The position numbers and the translations under genes were made by a program. The notes beneath the pieces were generated by a model. It made no database searches. It was not told the origin of the DNA and worked only from the letters and a program-made list of their open reading frames with translations. A DNA stretch of 63,736 bases, filler included, from Nemertoderma westbladi (lineage: Eukaryota; Animalia; Xenacoelomorpha): the NCBI GenBank assembly GCA_032718475.1. It is 4 parts of 4 records of this genome, joined end to end, with 100 filler letters (N's around TTAATTAATTAA, not from the genome) between each part and the next. Parts side by side here need not be neighbours in the genome. Positions count along the whole stretch, not along the records: positions 1 to 29,040 come from JAUCBJ010002413.1; positions 29,141 to 43,885 come from JAUCBJ010003067.1; 2 more parts are not named here. One strand, written 5' to 3'. This document shows positions 25,706-39,332 of this stretch, piece after piece (within the stretch, counting starts at the first letter, position 1; every line of letters begins with the position of its first letter).

Positions 25706-26770
25706 GGATGTAGGACAATTCGGTCCCGGACAATTCGGTCCCGGACAATTCGGTCCGGACAATTCGGTCCGGACAATTCGGTCCCGGACAATTCGGTCCC
25801 GGACAATTCGGTCCCAAAACACTAAATAAATGGGACCGAATTGTCCGGGACCGAATTGTCCGGGACCGAATTATCCTAGGACCGAATTGTCCTAGGACCG
25901 AATTGTCCGGGACCGAATTGTCCGGGACCGAATTGTCCGGGACCAAATTGTCCGGTTCCTGATAGCAACTTTTTAGTGCTTTTTTGATATTGGTGAATGT
26001 TCTAGAACATTAGTAGAGATATTTGTTATGGTAGCTAGTGTTATTTACTTGCTAGAATTTTTTGAAATTTTAAAAATACTGTATTTTTTTATTTTTGTTA
26101 TTGGTAGTGTTCGAGAACATTATTATATATTATTTATAGAGGTGTAGCTAGTGTTTTTTTTACGAGCTAGCATTTCCTTGAAGTTATAAAAATACCTGTG
26201 AAAACAATGATATTTCAGAATTAGGCCTAAACTGTTGCTGATTATATTAATTACCAACAATATTGATGATATTATAACAGTCCCTGAATGAGATCCATCT
26301 ATTATCTAGGATAATAATTTAGGCTTGTTAACCAGCCAACAACACATACAGTATACTTACGCAATATATTAAAAAAATCAGCTTTAAACATTTTAAATAC
26401 ATACTATTACTAGCTAGTAAATAATTAACAAGCTCCATAAAAACACCATAGCTACCATAAATAATAATGTTAACAAAAAAAGTAAATTTTTTTTATTTAA
26501 AAAAAAAATACTAGCTAGCAAAAAAAAACACTAGCTACTATATAATAATATATATTAAGGTTCTAGAACATTCACCATTATATAGTACAGTACCAATTAA
26601 ATTTGGTCCGCGACAATTCGGTCCCGGACAATTCGGTCCCGGACAATTCGGTCCCGGACAATTCGGTCCCGGTCAATTCGGTCCCGGACAATTCGGTCCC
26701 ATTAATATGCATGTTTTACGGGACCGAATTGTCCGGACCGAATTGTCCGGGACCGAATTGTCCTGCTTCC
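25706..26770. mobile_element. MULE-type foldback MITE with 15-bp subterminal repeats
   Basis: Termini GGATGTAGGACAATT / AATTGTCCTGCTTCC; perfect 9-bp TSD TGTCCATCT. Arrays of GGACAATTCGGTCCC occur in both orientations at each end. Confidence 0.9.
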
Positions 26771-26904
26771 TGTCCATCTTATGGATTTTATCTCTGTAAA
26801 TGGATTGTTTTAGGCTGGAACTTAGTTCAAAAAGGGGCTGGAATGCTATGGACTCATAGTGGACCCAGTGGTCACAAGTCCCAGATAGACCATTTTCCGT
26901 TTCG

Positions 26905-27842
26905 TAGGAAATAAAGGAGCTCTATAAAAGACTGTAATGCTTTTACACTTCGATCCTTCTCCAGTGATCCCCGCCTTATTGTGGCTAAGGTAAGACTTAG
27001 TCTGCGTGCTAGCAGAACAACGAAATCTGCCTTGCCGCGGCTTGACTGGTTCTCTCAGTTGCAACAGCCAAGTGTGAGATACAGCTTCACACTACAGCTG
27101 AGCAACAGGTATGAGGTTCTTTCCTCTGAGGCGGCAGATCACTGTGAGGGCTATACTGCCTACACAGAAGCAGTTAAGTTAGCAGCTGCAGAAAAAGTTG
27201 CTGTATACCCTCAAAACAGGAAAAGGGCCCCCTGGACTGACCACAAAATTCAGAAGTGCCGACATGACCTCTATAAGGCGCCGAAAGAGTCCCGACTCAA
27301 ACAGACAACAGCGGCCAAGAATGCAGTTAAGGCTGCATCTAGATCCCCGAACAGGCAGTACTCTGTTAATATGCAGGAGCTAATAAACCAACAGGTTGAT
27401 GCCATCAATAATTCTGACAACAGCAGGCAATCATCCCAGGCATAAAAATTGATCAACTTGCTTACTGGGCGGAAAAGCCAACCAACCACCAAGGTTAATA
27501 CAGAATCACCAGCCGATCGCCTTAATGGTTGGAAGGCCGACTTTGAAAAGCTCCTCAATAATGACAGGGTATTGCCTGATAACTTTATAGAAGTTAAAGT
27601 GTTTGAGTCTGTACTCCCAGATATTCCCATTGGCGATATCTCCTTTGCAGAAGTGAAGGCTGCTGCAAAGAGAAGACAGGCATCTGGCTGTTATCTTTGT
27701 TGACTTCTCCAAGGCCTTTCATTCAGTCTCTCGCCTATGTATCTTCAGCATACTTTCATTATATGGGATTCCTGATGAAATTATTGCAGCAATCAGATCA
27801 GTATACGGTGGTTCGACAACGTTTGTGTCGATCGAGGACCAA
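26905..27842 (+). mobile_element. Degenerate RTE-like LINE internal fragment (end of endonuclease to start of RT, with a deletion)
   Basis: LIVAKVRLSLR, LSNRYEVL, W.ADFEKLLN, then FVDFSKAFHSV..ILSLYGIPDEIIAAIRSVY in another frame. Stops and frameshifts are present. Confidence 0.82.
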
Positions 27843-29040
27843 GGAATATGAGGTGATGGAAGGGCTGAGGGAACATGGGGTGACAGAAGTGGGGGAAAAA
27901 CCAACAAATGGGGGGAGGGGGGGGGGGCAGCTGGCAAGTTTAACGTGTATCCTTTGGTCAGTCGCCATGTAGGTAGGACTGTCGGTTACCTGGTCGGGAT
28001 CCCACGCCAACTCGGATCCCATCACATATTATTATATTATTTATTTATTTACAGAATAACCGCGAATCAAAAAAGAAATCCTAATAAAGTAATCCATCCC
28101 TCTACAGACAGAAGTTCAGATGTTGGAACGTCAAACTGTCCTAATTATGCCATTGAAGATCTGATCAAATGATTGAATAACATCAGTTCAATTCCGTATC
28201 TTACAGAATATTACATTTAGTTACAAAAAATAATTTAGAGTATTTTGTATTAATTTTAATTTATGGAATTTTCTAACTCTATTTATATAAAAAATAATAA
28301 CAAAGATTTATTAGTATTTTCCATAGGGAGAGCTCGCAATGTTTGCTAAAATTAGATATAAAATAATTAATGTATATCAGATGTAAATACAATTATGATA
28401 TAAATTTCTTTCAATTTATTTCCATTTTAATTCGTTCTATTAAATTATATTAAGTTCTATTAAATTAGTTCTGTATTCTTGTAAAACCTGTGTATCTCCT
28501 ACGTGTCCCTTTGGTAGACACAAACCTGGACCATCTACTAATAAAACGTTTAAATTATAACTCAGAGGTTCCCATTGGTTATATTATTAACCAATCGGTT
28601 CTTTAACCAATAATACATTGGTTTACAATGAGTGTAACGGAGTTGGTTCCCATTCAGAACTACTATAATGTTATATGTTTATCTAATCTATTCTAATTAT
28701 CTCGGTCCCACTGTGGCTGGTTGTGGTTTCCCTAAAGTTACCCGACAACCCTATGTCATTGTACGTCCGTCCGTGTTACTAAACTATCAACTCTGTTTGG
28801 ACAATCGCACTCCATTTTGCATCCAAAATCTCCAGTTCAGCTATTTATATCCTTATAAAGGTTATATTTAGCATTAATTACAGCGATCAGTGGATTGGTT
28901 ACAGACTTGTTCAGTAAACCCAGGGGGGTCTGTATTGGATACACAGGATTCCTTCTCTATACTTACATTCCTATATGGATCACTGACATGAAACCAAATC
29001 AGATTTTCAGCTGTTGTAATTATTGAAGGATCATTATTGT

Positions 29041-29140
29041 NNNNNNNNNNNNNNNNNNNNNNNNNNNNNNNNNNNNNNNNNNNNTTAATTAATTAANNNN
29101 NNNNNNNNNNNNNNNNNNNNNNNNNNNNNNNNNNNNNNNN
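29041..29140. other. Assembly gap
   Basis: 100-bp N run with a central TTAATTAATTAA linker. Confidence 0.99.
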
Positions 29141-29824
29141 TGTCGTTTTGTTTGTTATATATTGTGTCTCACCTTGGAAACTGAAAGATTGATATAATAG
29201 ATATAATATCCATTTCGTAGAATGCGTATGGTGATACATTTACAGACCATAAAGGGAAAGAAAGAGATTGCGCCAGACCCCCTATGGGTGTCTAGCATGG
29301 CCTGTGGATATATGGGGTGAAGGATGAACCGGTCGGTAGTCGGGATGCCTATTCATCCTGGCTGAGAGATAAAGGACTCTGTATCCGACTCCATTCTGTC
29401 CAGCTATCTGCCTGTCTGCACTTCCCGCAGTACAGCAGTGCCGGTACTCGTCGGGCTGTCAGGTACAGATACCGTACCTCGCGCTGACAGTCTCCCCGGC
29501 AACCCGGCCTATCTACCTGGCCGTGTAGTACCAGTATCTAGCCGGTATCTACCAACCGGTATCGCTACGTATTCATTACCCGCCTACCCGGCCTACCTAC
29601 CTGGCCGGGCGTCCGCCAATACATTGCCCTACCTATATACTGACGTACCGGTACACTTTACCTGCTTTGTGTTATATATATACATATATATCTATATATT
29701 CTTATCGTTGTGTTGTGAACTGATATGCCCTTGCTTGAATCATATATATCAGTATATAGTAAGCCTATGTAACAGAACTATATATATATATCGTTTTATA
29801 CCGCCTCAGATACACTTCCACTCT

Positions 29825-30405
29825 GGCGCAGATCTCATGTTCAGCCACACATACAGTGCCGACGGACCCAGCAACATAGTGCCCCCAGATCTCGCGGTCA
29901 GCCACACACAGTGCCGGCAGACCCAGCAACATGGCACCCCCAGATCTCATGGTCAGCCACACATACAGTGCCGACGGACCCAACAACATAGCGACTCCAG
30001 ATCTCGCGGTCAGCCATACACAGTGCCGGCGGACCCAGCAACATGGCACCCCCAGATCTCATGGTCAGCCACACACACAGTGCAGGCGGACCCAGCAGAA
30101 TGGCACACCCAGATATAATGTTCAGCCACACATACAGTGCCGATGGACCCAGCAACATAGCGACTCCAGATCTCGCGATCAGCCCCACACAGTGCCGGTG
30201 GATCCAGCAACATGGCACACCCAGATCTCATGGTCAGCCACACATACAGTGCCGACGGACCCAGCAACATAGCGACTCCAGATCTCGCGGTCAGCCACAC
30301 ACAGTGCCGGCAGACCCAGCAACATGGCACCCCCAGATCTCATGGTCAGCCACACACACAGTGCATGCGGACCCAGCAGCATGGCACACCCAGATCTCAT
30401 GGTCA
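29825..30405. repeat. About 56-60-bp tandem array with alternating A/B units
   Basis: Recurrent CCAGATCTC(A/G)(T/C)GGTCAGCCACACA..CAGTGCCG..GGACCCAGCAACAT, about 10 units. Confidence 0.92.
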
Positions 30406-30869
30406 GGGGGGGGGGGGGGGGCTTTACATCAATTCAGGAAAATAGGACACCGTACATTATTACTGGAAAATAAGCTAATACTGTACAATAATTCGGGAAA
30501 AAATAAAGATAGCATACGTTAATTCAGGAATAAATAAGGTACTGTACGTTAATTTTAGGAATTAGGTCCTAAAAATGACTTAAATACTAATTAATTCTGG
30601 AGATACAAATTAATCACAAATTCACTAACACTCGCAAGCGCAGACAGAGCTGTAAACCAAAACAATTTAATTCAGGAAAATAAAACTGTATGTTAATTTT
30701 AGGAATTAGGTCAATTAATTCAGGAAAATAGGATACTGCACATTAATTCGGGAAAATAAGACACTACACATTAGTTCATAAAAAAATAATAATATACCAT
30801 AAACTAATTCAGGAAAATAAGATACTGCACATTGATTCTGGCAACTAAGGTAATTATTTCGGGAAAATG

Positions 30870-31487
30870 AGATACTGCACATTAATTGAGGAAATTAAGA
30901 TACTGTACGTTAATTTGGGAATCTACGATACTGCACATTAATTGAGGAAATTAAGATACTGTACGTTAATTTGGAAAACTACGATACTGCACGTCAATTG
31001 AGGAAATTAAGATACTGTACGTTAATTTGGGAAACTACGATACTGCACATTAATTGAGGAAATTAAGATACTGTACGTTAATTTGGAAAACTACGATACT
31101 GCATATTAATTGAGGAAATTAAGATACTGTACGTTAATTTGGAAAACTACGATACTGCACGTTAATTGAGGAAATTAAGATACTGTACGTCAATTTGGGA
31201 AACTACGATACTGCACGTTAATTGAGGAAATTAAGATACTGTACGTTAATTTGGAAAACTACGATACTGCACGTTAATTGAGGAAATTAAGATACTGTAC
31301 ATTAATTTGGAAAACTACGATACTGCACGTTAATTGAGGAAATTAAGATACTGTACGTTAATTTGGGAAACTACCATACTGCACATTAATTGAGGAAATT
31401 AAGATACTGTACGTTAATTTGGAAAACTACGATACTGCACGTTAATTCAGGAAATTAAGATACTGTACGTTAATTTGGAAAACTACG
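30870..31487. repeat. 56-bp tandem array (dimer of 28-bp monomers), about 11 copies
   Basis: AATTGAGGAAATTAAGATACTGTACGTT + AATTTGGAAAACTACGATACTGCACGTT. Decayed monomers continue upstream to about 30430. Confidence 0.95.
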
Positions 31488-31489
31488 TG

Positions 31490-33900
31490 AACTTAGAAAA
31501 CTCCACTGCGATTGCGTTAACCGATATATTGTCTTCCCTTCCTATCTGTTGATGGATGTAAGTTGGAATCGGTTCCGACCGATGGGTAGGTTCCAACCTT
31601 TCCATTGTCTGTTGTCGAGTCTGCGAATTCGTCACATAGTGGGTTACCCTCTCACTCACTGGGTGGTCTGTAATCAGCCTCAAACTCAGAGTCTGTTTGA
31701 ATGTTAACAATTGGGCATTCTTGCCGCTGTGTTAGTTTAAACTTGGGATGGTCTTCAGGGCATTGATATTGTTGTTCTTGTACTCTAACCTTTTCATACT
31801 CCTGTTGAGCTCGCTCTACACGGTCATTGACCTCTCAGATATTACACCTATCATTGTCGAACTCCTCATCCACCTGCTCTTGGATGTACTGAACTCTTTG
31901 CTGTACATCTTGCACGTCACCACATTTTGACACGTTCACAGTTTGAACTTGTCCCTGAACCTGTTGGACTTGTAACTGAACGTATTGGACTTTACCTTAT
32001 ATATGGATGACTTCATCCAACACCTCCTTATTGCCTTCCCTAATTTCTAACTTTAATTGATCCATTTGGATCTTGGGCTCACCTGGAGTAGGAATAGGAT
32101 TAAACCACTCATGGTCTCGAGCTCCATCCCACTCAGATTGGTCACCTTCTTTAATCATAAACCTTTCTCGTGTGGGTGGTTCTAGTTGGCATCTAGGTTC
32201 AGGCTCATGGTGGGGTTCGGGCTCACGGCAACCTTCCGGCTGAGTTACCTCGTTTCCGGGAGTCCTCGATTCCACTGTGTCCACCCAATCCTTGGCAACC
32301 CATCTCTAGATGGATTGCTCATAATGTTGATATGCCTCTATGGTGTTGGCTCTGTTTATCTCGTTGAAGCGCGCAATAGATGATGCTGCATGGTTCAGGC
32401 CGTTGATTAGCCACTCAGCGCCATCATTGTTTAGCATGGAGCAAGCCTGCTCGAGTTCTTGAGCAATGAGTTGCTGTCGATCCTCCAACTCATAGGCCTC
32501 CTGTTGAGATCTGGCCCGAGCCAACTGTCTCTGTTGTTATAGAATTAACACCTTCTTACATTGTTCCATCTCAAGTTTCTTCCTGGCGATATCACATTGA
32601 TGAGCCAAACATTTATTCTCTTCCGGTATAGCTTTCTCCATTTTTGAAATTTTTTTAATCGTTTTTATTGACAATTTTATTATGTTCTAGAACAATATTC
32701 ACATAGAACTTTACATCAGCTTCGTCATGCCATTCATTTTCCTTCGAATGACATGTGCATTGAAATCACAGTTAGTGACCGTACAGGGTTAAATGTCACT
32801 ACCAGTAGGTAGTAATCCAACCGATTGAGCAAAAGTAATAAATATATAATAGCCGAATAGCGGCGCTCTCTTCTGTTGCCAATAAAGATGCAATTTCGAA
32901 ATGTTAGGGTCAGTCATTATGAAAATAATAACGAACACGTCTAGAATATAATAAAAACCATTATTTTACGAATTGCAAAAATGGACATAGCTATCACAGT
33001 AATACCTCTCCTCCTCAGCCATTTGTAATTCCATCTCGATCTGTTTATACACTATCCCTGCTAATTTCTCATCGCTAATTCGGTTGGCTTCCACTTTAGC
33101 TCGCGCTACTGCCCAGTTACATTCAAGTTTAGACTGTTTATGCACATGCTCAAGCTGCTCATGTTCAAGTTGTTCGTGCACATGCTGCTCGCACTCATGT
33201 TGTTCCTCTCTTTCTTGCTCCAATTGATCGGCTTCTTGTTGATCCTCGTGTTCCTCTCCCTCGCTCTCAATGGCGAGGAATCATTCCTCCTTCTCATATG
33301 CTCGAGCTGTGACTTCACACGAGCTGCCGCTTCTTGAACTTCATCATCATCCAGACTTAACCTCGAAACATTACCGTTCAGTTGCTGCAACTTGGCCGCC
33401 ACCAACTCCACACTCTAACTCGGATAGTCTCCAACTGTTTGACAGCTGTCGCCACTCAGTCGCGTCACGGTTTGTTGCTGTGAAACAGCCACCGATTTCG
33501 AACTAACTCAATCACTATGGTGGGCTTTACTCATCTGGGATGGTTCACTACCATCTCTTCTCCACCCATCGCTGCGTTCTCTTTAGTCAGTAAAGGTACC
33601 CCCTTTTTATGAAGGAGGTAGCACTCCAACTTACCTGTGAAGGCAGCAGTCCAACAAGCGATCTTCGACTGCTCAGCATTGAACTTGGTGGCTGCTTCCC
33701 CACTTTCCTCTAAAGTATTATGGTAAGCCTTCCTTAATACATCGACTCTACTATTAATATGTAGGAAATACACCTAGCTACGAATCTTGAGTACCTTATC
33801 AAATACACCGGTCACTATTTTAAAGAAAAGTGCCCTTTCGGCCGTTTCGACTAAACCCTGTAGGTTATTGACCTGAGTGAGCACCAACTGGTGGTACTTA
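31490..33900 (-). pseudogene. Decayed coding sequence, coiled-coil/gag-like, probably retrotransposon-derived
   Basis: A run of broken E/Q/R-rich ORFs on the - strand, with stops and frameshifts. No diagnostic motif recognised. Confidence 0.35.
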
Positions 33901-35119
33901 TCTAATAACCTACTTAGTCAAGAAGTGAAGCCTTATCAGCTGACAGACAATCTGTAGTTCAGGATGCACACTGGGGTGCGGGCTAATTTTATTTTATAAT
34001 TTTATCCGAAAATATCTAATAATAAACCAGAATACCGAATGTGCCAAACCTGGGTCAAACAGCTGTCAATAGGGCCGTATTACCGACGTATTCGAGTGGC
34101 AAGTCTCTGTCTATGTACAGTCTGACCTTCCTGCAATCCACTGACAAAAATAAACAAATGATAACGTTTCATTATTTCAATCACTTAACTTTGTACTAAA
34201 ACAAAATAAACGAGAGAAATTAAACCCCAATGAAACCTAATCCAGCAAAACTAATCCAAATGAGTACTACTCATTTATTTTGAGTCGGCGGAGCTGGAGT
34301 CGGCGGTGTCTGGTGCACAATGCGTCTATTAAACCCAACTTTTACCTAGATAATGCGCTAATTCTCAGCTAATACCTAAGTATTCCAGTCCAAATTTAAA
34401 TAATATTAAAGGTGCGCTTTATTGCGTTTCTAATTTGAATAATTACGCCTAATATCGCTCTCTTTTATACTCAATTTTGGCTAAAACTAAATTTTGCTTA
34501 GTTGGATAACTAAATTTGGTTGTAAACGGAAAAATAAACTAAATTTTGTTTGGATATCGGACTTGGTTATAAGCGAATTCGTTTGATCGAACTTAATTAG
34601 ACTTTGGATATTGGACTACTGAAAAACGAAAGGTGTTTGCGGCCTGTTATAAAGTGCTTCTAATAGACCTGTACACGAGCTACATTATTACGTATTGGTG
34701 AATTCCTGCAAAGGGATTACCGTGCGTGGCTATACATTTTACTATCAAAATTCGGTTGCGGTGGTATTCCTATTAAATATACACTGTAACTAATGATGTG
34801 TTAACTATGAATACAACTGTTGCGCCCAAGTAAATATAAATGCACCCAAATGTTCCTCAGTCCCTAATATGACTTAAAATGACCGCTAATTGTTATCCTT
34901 TCCCCAATATACCATAATACCTATTAAGATTTTTTACGTAAATACAGTACTAAATACATACTGTAATACTGTATTACTTAAATTAATTAAACTTATAGGA
35001 CTAATGTCATTTATCTAAGAAAATCGTAAAAAATTCGGATCTGCTTCTTACTTACTAAATATCGAACGATTACCTACTAAATATGAGGATCTGCAACAGC
35101 AATGGAAAATCACTCACAA

Positions 35120-35950
35120 CATTGATGTTAATAGACAATGGAGCTTCCTTTACCAACAGAAAATACCGTAGCCCAATAATGACTGGGAATACCAACTAAA
35201 ACCAGCAAAATGGCCGTAACCACACTTACCGCCAAAGGCGAACTTGAGGAAATCGAAACCGGTCAATGTATTATAAAGGGAATCGGACCTGGATGCAACT
35301 ACAGCATCAACTGCAAACCCATAAGATTCACATCAGGTCTAACCATCAATGCAAGGAGACCTACAGAACTTGAAACAGCTCAATACGAACATCTCAATAA
35401 CATCGACTTCTTGATACCTAAACTAGTGGACATACCAAGAGTTACAACCATACGTGGTATGGACTTCCCCGCAAGACACACACGTTTCGCAGTTGTAAAT
35501 GGACCAGACCCACAACAAGATCCAGTCTCAATACAGACACCATTCGGGTGGTCTCTCAGTGGACCAATACGTACCAACAGGCCCCCCAGCGCAAACAGTA
35601 TACACCACTCTGCATAAGGTTGTATAATGTCCGCAACCATCGATGAAGTGGACAAGATAACTAACTCTAACCACATCCCTTCTACTAGGAGAAAAACCAA
35701 CCCAAGTTATCATGAACCCATCCAGTTGACAATAGACGAGATAGATGAGACAATCATCAAACAGGATTTTTACAGACCCTGAAACCCGAAAAAACATAAA
35801 ACCCGGCTTGCGCCGGAAACACCCAAGGAATCCTTTGACTAGAAGGCGACAGACCCCGACCAGACCACACACGCGGACCCAATAGGCAGGACTGACGAAT
35901 GCTCTCACGTCTCAGGTGAGGAAAGCAATTTGGAAACAACCCCACCTATG
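35120..35950 (+). mobile_element. BEL/Pao LTR-retrotransposon fragment (aspartic protease region)
   Basis: LMLIDNGASF near 35125 and PVSIQTPFGWSLSGPI, the T.FGW.L.GP motif of BEL/Pao polyproteins. Frameshifted. Confidence 0.65.
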
Positions 35951-36895
35951 CTACTGCACCTCTCCTAGACAGTTTCACCTTATATGCCAAACAGATCATG
36001 AACCCCATCCCGAAGTTGTCCCACCAGTTGTCTGCTGGAGCAAATAACATAACCACCGTCACACATATAAAATTACTGGGGTGTGACTACCAAGTAATGA
36101 CTGGCGCATTCTACTAATTAACTGCTGCAGTAATTAACTGCTCTACTGCTCAGAGTTTAAAAACCAATAACTTTAGTTCAATGGCAGTGAATTTATAGTA
36201 GTAATATTAATGATGACCCCTCTGTAAAATTACATGTAAACCGGTAAAATTCATGGTTTTCAACTCAAAGAGTTTAGGTTTACATAGTTTTAAATTTTAC
36301 ATTATTTATTGATTTCTAATTTTCAATTTGCACCTCCTTTACATGTTATTGGAATTGGGGGCCCCAAAAAGTCGGGGGCCCCTAGTCTATAGCCTAGCTA
36401 GCCTAGGCCTTAATCCAGCCCTGACTGACTGTGTCCTACCGTGTCCTACCGTGTAACCATGCTCTACCGTGTACTACAGTACACGTCAAACCAGTCAGGT
36501 CCAGATTGGATAAATCTTGCTACTACTAACGCAGTAATGTGGTACTAGCTGTAGCTGTAGAGACCAGTCAGATCGGGATGTCGGATCTTGCTACCACCAC
36601 TATTGTGGTAATGTGGTACTATCTGTAGCTACCAGCCCTACCGAGAAATATAGTAAGATCGGGATGTCAAATTCTTGCTACCACTTATAGTAGTTACGTA
36701 GTACTATATGTATCTGTCGGCCCAATAGCATTAATATGGTACTATCTGGAAGCTAGTCCTACCGGGGAAATAAACAGGGGAAATATATATACTATAGAAT
36801 ACGAAGCGATATAAAGTAGGAAGAAAATAAAGTAAAGTTTTGTACTTATATTTTATTAGGCATATATGTTACGTAATGTGTAGAATAAAATAAAA

Positions 36896-37220
36896 TAAAA
36901 ATAAACTTAATACGGGATGGAGGTAACAACATTCCCACAGGAACCCGTCGAGAACCAGTAAAAATAAACTTAATACGGGATGGAGGTAACAACTTTCCCA
37001 CAGGAACCCGTCGAGAACCAGTAAAAATAAACTTAATACGGGATGGAGGTAACAACTTTCCCACAGGAACCCGTCGAGAACCAGTAAAAATAAACTTAAT
37101 ACGGGATGGAGGTAACAACTTTCCCACAGGAACCCGTCGAGAACCAGTAAAAATAAACTTAATACGGGATGGAGGTAACAACTTTCCCACAGGAACCCGT
37201 CGAGAACCAGTAAAAATAAA
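36896..37220. repeat. 63-bp tandem array, 5 copies
   Basis: Unit AAAATAAACTTAATACGGGATGGAGGTAACAACTTTCCCACAGGAACCCGTCGAGAACCAGTA. Confidence 0.96.
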
Positions 37221-37421
37221 ATAATTTCGATGTGATTTCGAACTTATTATTGCATTTCTGAGATAAATGCAGGTCTTGATTTTAGATGTGTGTAATTAAT
37301 TAATGGACTGAATAAAAGCAGGACTCGGGACGGTTACTTACAGTAATATAATCTAAATAATTAAATAATGTGTGAAACTCTAGCGAATTACGAGCGAATA
37401 AGGGACTGGTGTAAGTATGCT

Positions 37422-38134
37422 TTAACCTTATTAAACCCGGGGGGGGGGGGGGGGGGGGGTGGGGTCAATATGACACTCACGTGGTTTTTTTGTTATATCT
37501 CTGAAACAAACGCAGTTGGGAATCTGAAATTTTATGACATTTCCTAAAAATCTATTGTCTTCCTAATAGTGAAAACGGTTTTTAAAAATATTGGGTAGTT
37601 TTCGAGTTATAGTACCATTTTTTAACCCTACTTTTTTGTTTTTACGTTTTTTGAAAATTACATTTCATGAAATATGATTTGTAACATCTCTATTTTTGAT
37701 TTAAACCGTTTTTTGGGTGTTTGCAAGTAGATGGAATTCATATAAATTAATTAAGAAATGTCAAACTTGCTTTTTTTCAGCGGGTGCCAAATTTGAAATA
37801 TTTTGAAATTGAAATTATGAAATATGTCAATTTTGTAAATTAATTGTTTGAACCTGTTTTTTACGCAATATGGGTTTTTTGGGGTTCTGGTTTCGATGGA
37901 TACGAGTTGCACCACGCGCACACGTATCAAACTTTTATTTTTCGATGCTGTGTAAAACATTTTGGTGCCACGAAATTTTGAAAATCCTTTCAATAGTTCA
38001 ATTGCGGTTCTGAATTCAATGGAATAAATAATTATTTAACTAAACATCTCAAACTTGTATTTTTCGGAAGTGGGTGCAAAATATGGCGCTAGCACCAAAT
38101 TTTGAAAATCATCAAATACATCAATTGAGGTTAA
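37422..38134. mobile_element. Possible piggyBac-type non-autonomous element
   Basis: Starts TTAACCTTATT..CCGG-poly(G)-GGGTCAATATGAC. A candidate end is GAGGTTAA; the TIR match is weak. Confidence 0.35.
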
Positions 38135-38149
38135 AAGAGTAACACGAGT

Positions 38150-38930
38150 GTTCGCGCTTTCAGACCTTTAGCAGTTTAACCTGCCAAATTTGGATGTCTT
38201 CTAGATAATAAATCGACTTTAGCCTATGACGAGTATTTGATACACTACATTAGCCGAAGCCAGTCTATGCGCGACCATTCACCCGCTGGATATACCCGGG
38301 AGACTGGATTCGGAAGCCTAACCTTTGCGGTGTAGGCCTACTGTATTATTCGACTGATCGTAATATATAATCTCTGACAAATATTATTCACTTTCGGGAA
38401 ATATTAACAGTTCCTTTAGGACGTGGCGCTCTAAATATGTAAACAGAGTTATGACTTAAACTAGACACAACGGGATGGCTATGGATTCACGTATATAGCG
38501 CATTCTTTAGGAGATGCTTTGTTATCAGTCACAATCATACACAATACTGCTCAATGCTGCACACCGATCTGCCGACCTTCACTAATTTTAGTCACATATA
38601 AAGAGAACAACAACCAATACATGTAGTGCCTATGAAATAGCATTAGATTCACTTCAAAACCACTTTAATGTAAGTCGCAATCGTTATATGCAACTGGTCT
38701 CTCTTACCTTCAGTATATCAAGAAGATTGAGGGTTTTGTAATTATTTATCGATATTCCAAATATAATAATATTCCATCAACTGATATAATGAATAACCGA
38801 CAGTAAATAGCAGTAAAATGTTAAGGTATATTTGATTAGTTATGAATTGTGGTTTGTAAGATAACAGATATACGTTCTATAATTAAGCCTACTAATGTTG
38901 GGCTAAAGCCTGAAAACACAGAGATTCCAA
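38150..38930 (+). repeat. Unclassified interspersed repeat, copy 1
   Basis: Collinear similarity with 55070-55860, e.g. GCAGTTTAACCTGCC, TTAGCCGAAGCCAGTC and AATCTCTGACAAATATTATTCACTTTCGGGAAATATTA. Confidence 0.85.
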
Positions 38931-39332
38931 AGCCGGTCTTCTGGGCTCAGGAAAAAGGTAAACATTGACCCATAATGCATTGCGCGATTTCCCGGAGGTT
39001 TCTGTACAAAAAGCAGGAGAATCGATCTGATTGGTTGACCGAACAAAGAAACACCAGAGAACAAGGAAAAAGCTACACATGTACAGATCAGCTGTCAGCT
39101 GTCGTCATAGTAACTACACTGTTTCAAGAGGATTTAGCTTATTGCGACATAGAATTGCTAATTATGTCCGCTAAAGTACACATACAGAAGAAATGGCTTT
39201 TTATGTCCACTAAAACACCAGTACAGTAAGGAAACGGCTTTTTGTGCCCGTTAAACCAACTACAGAGTACTTTGCGGGGAAAATAACCGGCTAATTCCGC
39301 AAAAGCTTTTACAACGAGTAACACCGGCATGT

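Noticed and set aside
25590-26914. ORFs with PDNSV/GPNCP repeats
   Set aside because: They are translations of the 15-bp MULE repeats.
29085-29096. TTAATTAATTAA palindrome, also seen in the other two gaps
   Set aside because: It is an artificial six-frame-stop linker in the middle of N gaps.
29438-30522. Overlapping ORFs in several frames
   Set aside because: They derive from a GC-rich tandem array, and unit-length variation shifts the frames.
33830-33945. Hammerhead-like CTGATAAGGC...GCCGAAAG on the - strand
   Set aside because: The core deviates from CTGANGA and convincing stems I and III were not found.
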